Source: Isurus oxyrinchus (lineage: Eukaryota). Taken from it: DNA of 64,000 nt. A program made the position numbers and the translations under genes. The notes beneath the pieces are model-generated. The model was not told where the DNA came from. It saw nothing but the letters and a program-made list of their open reading frames with translations, and searched no databases. The DNA lies in NCBI GenBank assembly GCA_026770705.1, contig JANJGN010000010.1, positions 11,904,001 through 11,968,000 of the forward strand. The letters run 5' to 3'. Shown piece after piece: positions 50,160 to 61,471 of the stretch; the first letter of the stretch is position 1, and every line of letters starts with the position of its first letter.

Positions 50160-51250
50160 TGTCAGGGACACCTTGGAGGAAAGGGAAGTAGGGTCACTAT
50201 TACAGGATAAGCTTTTTAATGAGCTAATCTGGTCAGAGGTATAGCACACAAATACATATCTATAGGCCTTTTCCTTAAACCACTAAATTAAAATACAAAA
50301 TAAGGCATGTTACACCATGAGGAGATAAAGAATGGCTGTGCGAACAGAAAAATCAAACTAATGGGGAACTTCAACTGACGTAATACAAACTGGGGAATGC
50401 CTAAGTGATCTGCCTGACTGTTTTCTGACTCAGTACATTATGAATTCTGTGAGAGACAACATATATCTTGATTTGGTAACAGCCAGTGAACCAAATCACA
50501 CACTGGTGATGGAAGTTACGACACACTTGCTGACAGGAACCATAACATAATTAAATTTAACATGATCTGGAATAAGCCAATACTGCAACCCTATACTCAG
50601 GTTTACAACCTTGTAAGGGCCAACTTCAAGGGAATGATGAAAGAGCTTAAGCAAATTGAATAGGGCTAGGATAATACTCGAGGAAAGTACAATTTAGGAC
50701 AATTGGAGCAACTTAAAAGGACACACCAAGCATTGAGAACATAATAAAACACTCCGACTGAACAATAATGACCTAAGTAAATTGAAAACGACAATACAAG
50801 ATGCGGTAGGCATAGGAAAAATACTGAAAAGCATGTGAGCAGGATGGTAAGAAAAACACCGGGGAAGAATATAGGAACTTTAAAAAATGTAAAGAGAAAT
50901 ATTGAGAAGAATAAAGTGGACTATGAATGATCACTGATATAGAAACCAAGTGTAAGCTGTTCTTCCATATTATATCTGCAAGAATATCAAAGACAAATTA
51001 AGGATGCAAACTGGATTGCAGTTGAGGAAAAACAGTTAACAAAACAAATAAGTATTTTTAAGAAATACTGACTAGAAAAGACAGTTGTAGAATAGCACCT
51101 CTCAAATTAGGTTTTGCAATTAAACTTTACTACTTTGATCTGAAATGCAACAAAGCCCCAGATATGCCTAAAAAACTCAATCTCAATAAATCACAGGAGA
51201 AAGAGAGGGTAAATATCCTAGGGTGCTATATGAGATTAGGAACTAAGCAT
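50160..51250 (+). mobile_element. Old, highly decayed CR1 endonuclease region
   Basis: Remnants MGNFN, YLDLV and DHNIIKF. Confidence 0.5.
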
Positions 51251-51715
51251 ACAGTCATGATGAAGGATCAATGATTACTGTTGTACTTTGGGATTTTACT
51301 CTAATCCTTTTCTCTGATTCAGCTTGTTACTACTATGCTTTTCCTCGCTGATCTACACAAAAATTGACAGGGCAATGGTCAAGGTAAGAATTAACAGTTG
51401 GGAAAATGGATGCTATGTCAATATTATAACTACTGATAAAAACACAAGGGGAACTGGGAAAATCTGTCAATTGGTAAAATAACAGGAGATCAGTGTGATG
51501 TGTACAAAGAAAGAATTTAAGAACCAGTTTGTTTGTCTAAGGGTGTAAGGGACAAGAGCTCTACTTGTCAAAAGAAAACAGCCATGGACAATTAAATAGG
51601 CAAGAGACGACATAAAGCTAAAAGAAAAAGCATTTAAAAATGCAAAGAGCAGCAGTGATCCTGGGGAATGGGAACGACACAAAGAACAGCAAAGGGTGGC
51701 AAAACAGATAATGGT

Positions 51716-52890
51716 GGCGGTCAATTCTGGTATATAAGTAGACACCCTCTGTAGGTGAACTGAAGGCATATGACAACAGCAAAGAGAAGAATATCCCAAA
51801 GAGTGTGGGCGCCAGAATGCAACCATGTTTGACCCCACTGTAGATCTCAAAAGATTCCAATGTTGCCCCGTCATAGCTGACCTTACCCTGTCATGAAAAT
51901 AGGAGATCACATTGCTTCAACAGGCAGCCAGTTTTCTCCAGCATCTTAAGTAGACCACCTCTACACACATGGTTGAATGCCATGGTGAGATTGATAAAGG
52001 CAATACATAGGGGTCTCCTGTGTTCACAATATTTCTCTTGCTGCTGCTGCACTGAGAAGATCAAATCAATTGTAGATCTTCCTGTACTGAAACCAGGATT
52101 TGGGGTAAGCGTGTTCAGCCAGGATCTGCAGTTTCAAGGGCAAATACTTTCCCTGCTATTCTCAGCAGGGAGATGACTTGATAGATGTTCGAATCACTGC
52201 GGTCACCCTTGTTCTTGTGCAGCATCATTGCATATCCCAGGGCACTGACTCTCCCTCCAACAGAGACAGAGACAGATTCTGCAGGAGCGCCAGTTTCCTG
52301 TGGTTGCTAATTTCTGCTGGTATAGCATCAGCACTTGGAGCTTTGCCCACAGCAAGTGAGTCAATGATTTGCTAAGCTCCTCCACTGTGGGTTCAATATC
52401 CAGTCCTCACATGACAACCAGGCTTCCTATGGTGTCTAGATCTTCCTCAGTGACAGTGTTTACCAGGGACTGCAACTCAAGGTAGTGGTCCACCTATTTC
52501 TCCAACTGTCTGTTGTGATCAGTGATGACCTCATCTGCCCTTGTTTTATATGGAGTGGTCTTCTTTGCTGATGGATCTGTCGTTTTCTGATTCCTGCATA
52601 CATATCCTTAACATTCCCTGTGTTGAAGGACATCTGGATTTTCTGACCAACTTGTAATCAGTAGTCATTGATGCACCGCCTGGCAGTCCACTATCCTTTA
52701 CTTTGAGCAGCTCTTAGCGCATTCAGAGTCTTCTCGCCCTGATCTCTCTTGTGATTAATGAGAGTGACTGCTTGGCTTCGGATAACATATAGCATGACAG
52801 CGATGTGAGACTCGAACTAGTCAGCATTTTTCCACACTTGCTCCCCGTACGTTGAGAACGTGAGATTGTAGATGATGCCTCAAAGTATTG
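51716..52890 (-). mobile_element. RTE-clade LINE fragment
   Basis: SGVKHGCILAPTLFGIFFSLLLSYAF...EGVYLYTRID is an RTE-type RT signature. Confidence 0.78.
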
Positions 52891-53357
52891 AAGAACAGTT
52901 CTGGAGGACTGACAGGACTTTTGGAGATTTGAGGAACAGGGGTCGGAATTTTCAGGACCTCACATCGACCGGATCTTCCGGTCCCACCAATGTGAATGGA
53001 GTTTTCAATGGCTTGCTGGCACTGCTGCAGGGGAACCCACCCTGGAGGGAGGAGGGTGGTGGTGGTGGGGGGGTTGGGGGGGGGGGGGTTGCTGGAAGAT
53101 TCCAGCCAAGGAGTGGCAGAGGCAGATTTGCTGCTGGAAATTAGTTCTGGAATACTCAGACTGAGTGGAACGATTTTCGAAGAACACTAGAAGATTCGAA
53201 AGAGAACCTGCTGGAAAACTGGGATTAATTTGGGACTTAACCTTGTATTGCTGCATATTTGCCAGGAGTGTGGCGTAAAGGAAACCTATTCCACATGGCA
53301 TTATTTAGTTGCCTTAATTAGTTAATATGAAAATATCTTTCCTCTGGTGTATTAGTC

Positions 53358-55290
53358 AGAAACAGAGAAAATAGGAGCAAGAGTAGGCCATTTGGCCCTT
53401 CGAGCCTGGTCCACCATTCAATATGATCTTGGTTGATCCTCTATCTCAACGCCATACTCCTGCTCTCTCCTCATACCCCTTGATGCCTTAGAATCCAGAA
53501 AACTATGTATTTACTTCTTAAATATATTCAGTGACTTGGCCTTCACAGCTTCAGTGGTAGAATACTCCACAGGTGCACTGCCCTCTAAGTGAAGAAATTT
53601 CTCCTCATCTCAGTCCTAAATGACCTACCCCATATCCTGAGACTGTGACCCCTTGCTCTAGACCCCACAGCCAGAGGAAACATCATCCCTGCATCAAGTC
53701 TGTCCAGTGCTGTCAGAATTTTATATGTTCTAATGAGATCCCCTCTCATTCTTCTAAACTCCAGTGAATACAGGCCAGTCAGCACAATTGGAGTCACTCT
53801 GGTGAACATTCACTGCACTCCTTCTATGGCAAGTATATTCTTTCTTAGATAAGGACACCAAAACTGCACACAATACTCCAGGTGTGGTCTCACCAAGGCC
53901 CTGTACAGCTGCAGTAAGATATCTTTGCTCTTGTACTCAAGTCCTCTCGCAATGAAGGCCAACATACCATTTGCTTTCTTAACTGCTTGCTGCACCTGCA
54001 TGCTTGCTTTCAGTGATTGGTGTACAAGCACACCCAGGTCCCTTTGTACATCAACATTTCCCAATCTATCACCATTTAAATAATGCTCTGCCATTCTGCT
54101 TTTCCTACCAAAGTGGATAACTTCACACTTATCCACATTATGCTGCATCTGCCATGTATTTGCCCACTCACTCAACATATCTAAATCACCTCGAAGCCTA
54201 TTAACATCCTCTTCACTATCACATTCCCACCTAGTTTCATATCATCAGCAAACTTGGAAATATTACATTTGGTTCCTTCATCCAAACCAGTGATATATAT
54301 TGTGAATAGCTGGAGCCCAAACACTGATCCCTGGGTACCCCACTAGTCACTGCCTGCCATTCCAAAAAAGACCCATTTATTCCTACTCTCTGTTTCCTGT
54401 CTGTTAACCATTTCTCAGTCCATGCCAATATATTACCCCCAATCCCACGTGCTTTAATTTTACACACTAACCTCTTATGTGGGACTTTATCAAAAGCTTT
54501 CTGAAAATCCAAAGCAATCACATCCCTTGTCTATTCTGCTAGATACATCTTCAAAAAACTCCAGTAGGTTTGTCAAACATGATTTCCCTTTCATAAATCC
54601 ATGTTGACTTTGCCTAATCCTGTTGATATTTTCTAAGCGTTCCGTTATCACATCCGTTATAATAGATTCTAGCATTTTCCCTACCACTGATATTAGGTTA
54701 GCTGGTCTGAAATGCTCTGTTTTTTCCCTCCCACCTTTTTTAAATAGTAGGGTTACATTTGCTACCCTACAGAATTTAAGAAGATGACAACCAAGGCATC
54801 CTCTATTTCCATGGCCACCTCCTTTAGTATCCTGGAATGTAGATTATTAGACCCTGGGGATTAATTGGCTTTCAGTCCCATTAATTTCTCCAGCACTGTT
54901 TTTTTTTTAGTAATATTAATTTCATTCAATTCCTCCTTCTCACTAAACACTTGGTTCCCTAGCATTTCTGGGAAGTTTTTTGTGTCTTCCTCTGTGAAGA
55001 CAGAACTAAAGTAGTTGCTTAATTGCCCTGTCATTTCCTTGTGCTGTATTATAAATTCTCCTGTTTTGGACTGTAAGAGATCAACATTTGTCTTCACTAA
55101 TCTTTCTCGTTTTACATACTTATAGAAGCTTTTACAGTCCTCTTTTATGTTCCTTTCAAGTTTACTCTCATACGTTATTTTTCCCCTCTTAAACAATCTC
55201 TTGGTACTCCTTTGCTGAATTCTAAACTACTCCCAATCCTCAGGCTTGCTACTTTATCTGGCAACTTTATATGACTCTTCTTTGGATGCC
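53358..55290 (-). mobile_element. CR1 LINE 3' half
   Basis: SQHGFMKGKSCLTNLLEFF, LDFQKAFDKVPH and [13 protein letters not shown]; tail at ~53360. Confidence 0.9.
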
Positions 55291-56842
55291 TATTCAGTAA
55301 TGTTTGAGCTTGGTTGATTTTCGTTTGTTACAGTGAAATTCTTAAAACACAAAATCTTGTCCTTGGTAATTTCCACTGGTGGCTGGGAAATTAATCTTTT
55401 TTTTAAAAAAAAGTTATTAGTCTCTTGGAGATTGTAACAGTGGTCAGAAACAATGTGGGCCCCTTAGAACTGATAATGGTGATATTGTCAATGAAAATAA
55501 GGAAATGGTGGACATGTTGAATAATTACTTTGTGCCAGTATTTAGAGTAGATGAAGAGGTCAGCATGCCAGACTACCCAAAAAAATTAATACTGAATCAG
55601 GAACAGGGACTCACCAAAATTAAGAAAAGCAAAATAACAGTAATGAAGTGAATAATGTCACAAAAGAGGGAGAAATCCCCAGGATCAGATGGCTTCCATC
55701 CCAGGATTTTAAAGGAAGTAGGTGAGGACATTGTGGATGGCTTAACTATAATCTTCCAAATGTTTCTTGATTTGGCAACTGTTACTTTAGATTGGCAAAT
55801 TGGTCTTGCCACTCTACTATTTAAGAAAGTTGAGAAAGGGAAACAAGGGGATTATAGACCAGTTAGCCTTACATTTGATGTTGAAAAGCTATGAGAGTCC
55901 CTAATTCAGGGTAGGGTGACTCAACACCTTGAAATGCTCAGCTGTCCATAGAAAGCCAGCGTGGATATGTAAATGCCTGATGAATGTGATTGAATTTTGA
56001 AGAGGAGACTAAAGTAGTGGAGAGGGGAATGTCAGTGGACTCTATTTATTTGACAAACAATAAAGTACCTTATAAGAGAATGTTAACCAATGTTGAAGAT
56101 CAGGACATTGGCTGAGCGGCAGGAGACAGAGAGTAGGGATAATTGGTGGGTACTCTAATTGCACGATGGGACTGGTGGCGCCCCAGAAGGATCTGTGTTG
56201 GGGCCTTAACTATTGACAATATTTGAGAACTTATTATGATACAACAGATAGGTGGCATTGTAAGCAGTGTGCATGGAAACATAAAATTACAAAGATATTT
56301 ATAGATTAAGTGAATGGCAAAGCAGCGGCAAATGGATCTGATCATAGCCAAATGTGAGATCATGCACTTTGCACTGAGAGAGGATAGAACAGGGTGTTTT
56401 CTAAATGGTGAAAAGTAAGAAACAGTGCAGGTCCAAAGAGACTTGGGGCTATAGGTACATAGATCATTAAAATGTCATGAACAGGTTCAGAAAATAATTG
56501 AAAAGGTTAATGGAATGTTGGCCTTCATATCTGCAAGAGGGTAGAAATTGTCCTATAGCTATACAAATCCTGGTTCGACCACACTCGGAGAACTGTGAAC
56601 GGGTATGTGCACCAGATTTTAGCAAGGATACATTGACCTTGTGGTGAGGGCAGTGCAGCTTTACTAGAATAATACCTGGACCCCAAGACTTAAATTACGA
56701 GGAAAGATTAAACAAACTAAGGTTGTATTCCATGAAATTTACAAGTTAAGAGTGATTGAATGAAGATTTCAACAGGAAAGGTAGGGTAGATAGTGAGAAA
56801 CCAGTTTTGCTGGTTTGAGAGTCTAGGGAGCATGGTGTAAAG

Positions 56843-57460
56843 CAGGCAAGTCCAACCTTTTTGCTTCGGTGGGGCCATATTTGCATATCTTTCTCACTCA
56901 AGGGGACTTCGTCCTCCCTGGGCATGATGCAACTTTTGTCCTCCCTGGGCCCGATGAGACTTCACACTCCCCGGCCCGACATACCTGCGTTTCTGTCTCC
57001 AGCCCTGCCATTGCTTGGCTCCTCAGAGTCCAGCCCTGCCATTGCTTGGCTCCTCAGAGTCCAGCCCTGCCATTGCTTGGCTCCCCAGAGTCCAGCCCTA
57101 CTGTTGCTTGGCTCCCTAGACTCCAACCCCACCTTTGTTTTGCTCCCTGGGCTCCAGCCACACTGTTGTTCAGCCTCCCTCAGCCTGACAGTCCTCAGCA
57201 CACTCACCAATGCCCGTGTTCACTGCTCGTCCAATCAGAGACTGTTTCTCTCCCTCAATTGCTGCTGTTAGGCTCACTGGTGAGTCTATCAGCAGCAAAC
57301 GCAGGAGAGAAACAACCTGTGATTGGAGGAGCAGCTCCCTGCAGAATCTTCCATTGAAACTCACATGTTTGACCAGAATTTTGAAAACTGACTCTGGGAG
57401 CTGCATAAAGGGGCTTCACCAGCTCAATGCAGCCCATGGGCTGTACGTTGGGGAAGCCTG
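56843..57460. mobile_element. hAT (Charlie-like) non-autonomous element
   Basis: TIRs CAGGCAAGTCCAAC / GTTGGGGAAGCCTG; 8-bp flanks GTGTAAAG and GTCCAAAG (6/8 match). Interrupts a CR1. Confidence 0.68.
56997..57170. repeat. 31-bp minisatellite, ~5.5 copies
   Basis: CCAGCCCTGCCATTGCTTGGCTCCTCAGAGT; AGCCCTGCC at 57001, 57032 and 57063; later copies diverge. Confidence 0.9.
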
Positions 57461-57664
57461 GTCCAAAGACTATGGCAAGGGCTTTCAGGAGTGAAATTAG
57501 GAAACACCTCCAAACATAAGGGATGGTAGAAGTTTTGAACTGTCTTCTGCAAATGGCAATTGAGGCTAGATCAATGGTGAATTTTGAATCTGAAATTGAT
57601 GGACTTTTGCTAACAAAAGATATTAAGGGATATGGGGCAAAGATGGGTATATTAGATCAGCCAT

Positions 57665-58022
57665 GTTTTTAAATTATTTATTCTTTCATGGGATGTGGGC
57701 CCTAACTGTCTTTGAACTGAGTGACTTACTAGTTATGATTCAACTGTGGGTCTAGAGTCAAATGTAGGCCAGACTGGGTAAGGAAGGCAGATTTCCTTCC
57801 CTAAAGGACATTAGTGAACCAGATGGGTTTTTACAACTATTAATGATAGTTCTATGGTCACCATTACTGAGCCTAGCTTTCAATTCCAGATTTTTTTTAA
57901 TGGATTAAATTTAAGTTCCACCAGCTGCCGTGGTGGGATTTGGAACTGTATCTCCAGAGCAATTCACCTGCGTCACAGGGTTACCAGTCCAGTGAAATTA
58001 CCAAAACACCAGCATCTTCCCC
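57665..58022 (-). mobile_element. tRNA-headed SINE-like element (family B head plus tail)
   Basis: Tail TTCATGGGATGTGGGC joined to AACTGAGTGACTTACTAG and the shared head. Confidence 0.72.
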
Positions 58023-58314
58023 CACGATCTCATTGAATGGCGGAACAAGTTCAAGGGACTAGATGGACTCCTGCTGTTCTTGTGTTCCTATGCCTGCGTC
58101 AACAGTGGTACTGATGGCATGTGGTCAAACCCATGACCTAGATTACACTTTGATCTTACCAGAAAGAGCATGAAATGGAGGATGCAAGCCAGGAAAGGTG
58201 GGGTGGGTTATCATGCAGGTTTTTGAGGTGATGGAAACATCAGTATTGCTGGACAGACTGTAAATGCAATGGCTGGGAAGTGCTTTGGAGCTGCTCCCAT
58301 TCCACTAACCTTAT

Positions 58315-58892
58315 GGGCAGAATTTTGCCGTTGGCGAGCAGGGGGCGGAACCCCCAACGTCATCCCGCCCCATTTAAATTTTCAGCAAGGCGGGGGCACA
58401 GCAAAATCAGCTGCGGGCCTGCTGACCTGACAATGGCCAATTGAAGCCATTGACAGGATCATTTAACCAATTGAAGGACCTGCCTGTCCAACCTTAAGGT
58501 GAAGAGCTCCGGCGGCAAATAAAGAAAACAAGAAACCTTGTCCACCGGCAGGATGAGGTTTCATGCAGGGTTTTAAAAATTTTAATATAGTTATTTTGTA
58601 AATTATGAACATGTCCCAACTCATGTGACATTGTCACATGAGGGGGACATGTAAGGGATTTCTTTTCCTTCTATTTTTAATATTTTTCAAAGTCCAGGCG
58701 ATCTCCCTGAGACTGCACTTAGCCTCAGGGAAATGAGCGCTCTTCTGTGCGCATGCGTGAAGGAGCGCACTCTCACTTTTGGGGAATCTCCCCCCCCCCT
58801 CCCTGGCCGCTTCCCGCCGGAGCTCACGCTGGGTGGGCCTTAATTGGAGATTGGGTCAGGCCCACCCATCCGACGGGCAGAAAATTCTACCC
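58315..58892 (-). mobile_element. PIF/Harbinger-like MITE (copy 2, inverted)
   Basis: TIRs GGGCAGAATTTT / AAAATTCTACCC; 3-bp TSD TAT. Confidence 0.78.
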
Positions 58893-60622
58893 TATTTTTC
58901 CAGAAGCATGGTGGAACTCTGTTTCCGCCATAAACAGCATCAAAGACATAAAGATGCTTTCCACCTCACAGCTGGCGAAATAACACTGGTGCATGAAGAG
59001 CAGCCCCAAGGAATTTCCCAGTCAATAAGCTTTCAGTACAACTGTGAAATACATCTTCATTCATTGCATGGCCATTGCATGGACTAATCCCTTATGGTTA
59101 TGACTTCTTGGAAGAAAACAAAATGTGGTTCTAATTAGGAGATTAAGTTGGCTGCCTGTGGAAAAGAAGGTTAGAGGATAAAATAGCAAGCTGCATAAAT
59201 TGGTCTAACAAACCAGAAGGCTTGACAGATGTAATGGAATTAAAATAAAATTTTAGATCACTGTAATTCACTAGGAACTGCAGCGTGTCCAGTTCCTAAT
59301 AAGAAACTGTTTACGAGATGCCCAAAGTATCCAAGAACAGGTTAGAACAAATTGCATTGAAGTAAGCCTGACCAATGTCAGATATATCATCTGAAGATAG
59401 CCGATTATACTAGAACTGTCCTCAACTGTAGGCATTCTCTGATGATTACAGTATTTTAAAATTTTAAACCAAGTCTGATAGGCAAGTATAAGACATGGAT
59501 ATGTGTATTATCAGTAGAGAAATTGATGTAAGTACCAGGAAATACTCATGATTGTAAAGTCTGTATCCCTTTGTTTGGATGTGGCTGAGAGCTGTTAGCG
59601 TGCAGAACAGCAGCTGCAATATTTCACTATTGTGGATGAGATTTGGCCATGTTAAGTCTGAATTTCAGAGGGACACAGAATGCAACCAAAGTCTGTTTAT
59701 TACAGGCTAAGAGTAATATGAAGATTCCATAACAAGAAACATATATTTGAGATCATCAATCCAGTTTGAGTTTTGATAACTTAAATACAGCTGTCCTGTC
59801 TGGAATTTCTCCCAGTAGCTTAGACAAACTTCATGTAAACTGTTAGGAAATGGGACAGGCATGGAGCTGGGGTACAGGTTGGCCATGATCTAATATAATT
59901 GCCGAACAGGCTCAAAGGACTGATTGGCTTATTCCTGCTCCTATGTTCCTATGAGCATTGAGCTAACTCCTACCACACCGTTCTAGGTTCCTTTGTTTGT
60001 AACTGTCACGGACGTGTAATTATACGACAGACTTTAAGGACATCTGTTTTAAAGGCACATTTCTGTTTTCAAATCTTTACATTGAGTTTAAAAGCCTTTT
60101 TGAAAATGGAAGTATGGACAGACAAGATGGCATATTCTGGTGTTTATGCAAACCTTGTCAGACTCATATCTTTAGAGCTGGCTGTGGAGAGTCAGTAAAA
60201 ATGCAAAAACTCCTCCAGGTGTGAAAAACCCTTTGCTTCTGAGGGAAGAGGCAGAAAGGCTCTTTAAAGGACCTCAAAATAACTAGCTTCTTTGATTGGT
60301 GAAACAATGCTTCATCAGAATTAACACAGCAGCCATTATAGGTTTTGGAACAATATAAAGTCTGTTTGAGAGCAGCCATTTTTTGTGCAGAACCCCAGGG
60401 AGAACTCTGAGAAACAACTTTGGAGAGGCTCTTGGCCAAGGGAGGACAAAGAGGAAGGCATTAAAAAAATCAACTGTTGTACTGCCGAAGGAACCTAGGC
60501 CATCTACAAGTGCTGTGACCACAGAATTAGTGAGGAATGGGAAACATGCTCTCTCTTCCATAAACTTTTTGATTAAACCTGAAAAAAGTGAATGCTGACT
60601 GATGTCAAGAAGATATAATAAT

Positions 60623-61471
60623 TCTCATGATGTTATTGGAATTGATTGTAAAATAGAGTAAGAGTGGGATCTATCTGTGTGTGTGTGTCTGTGTGTGAGG
60701 CTTAATTGGATTAAAAGCACCTGGTCTGAAGGTCTTGATGTAAACATGGTCAACATGGCTAAGTTTAGAATGTAAGGTGAAAGAACATTTGCATTTTTAA
60801 ATAAACCAGGCTAGACTGGTTTCAAATGAAGGAGTGAAAGTGTCACTTAGCCAGGTGAAGTAAGAAACAGTGTGTTTATTTTCCCAAAGGTTATTGGTAA
60901 AACTTAGTGCTATGAGAGATTTTTTTAATATCAGAAAGGTAAAGTCCAAATACATAGTGAAACAATGGGAATTTGCATCCAAATGGGGAAAATATGTATA
61001 AAGGAGTGAAGGCTATGTGAAAGGGTAGGCATTTTTAAGATCTCAGAAGTGTGACAAACCTTCAGCATCTATGCCTCAACCTACTGTTTTCAAAGGACTG
61101 AAGTTAAGAAAACTCATTTTGAATTCAACTTGTTCAGGGTATCATGTTTCTTTGCCTGGATCTTTTAAAATCTATGTGTCTTACCATTGCCTTAACGAAA
61201 GTGTAACTGGGAATTATATTGATCAAGGGATTTAGAAGTTATCATAGTAATAATTTGTAGATCTATGACCGTATTTAAAATCATTTCTCCTATTAATAAA
61301 TGTTTAATTTAATTTTGTTAAAACCTATAAGACTTGGTGGTCTTATTACTACTGAATTCAAGGCATGCATCTCGAAATTTATACAAATTGAAAAATAAGT
61401 TGTGGCAGTTATTTCAAGTTTCCCTTTGGGGTTTGAACAACTCAGCATTTACCATCAGCTGTGCCAGAACA
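60623..61471 (+). repeat. 5' LTR of the Gmr1-like element (start uncertain; may extend to 60004)
   Basis: Similar to the solo LTR at 45187. Contains TATAAA and AATAAA; ends ...CAGAACA followed by a degenerate tRNA-Pro-type PBS, TGGAGGCTCTTTGTGGGAT. Confidence 0.65.

Larger units (their letters stand above)
55420..58090 (+). mobile_element. Decayed CR1 LINE hosting a hAT-like MITE and a SINE-like element
   Basis: KSPGSDGFHPRILKE and DYRPVSLT; tail at ~58025-58090. A probable upstream piece lies at ~51480-51715. Confidence 0.78.
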
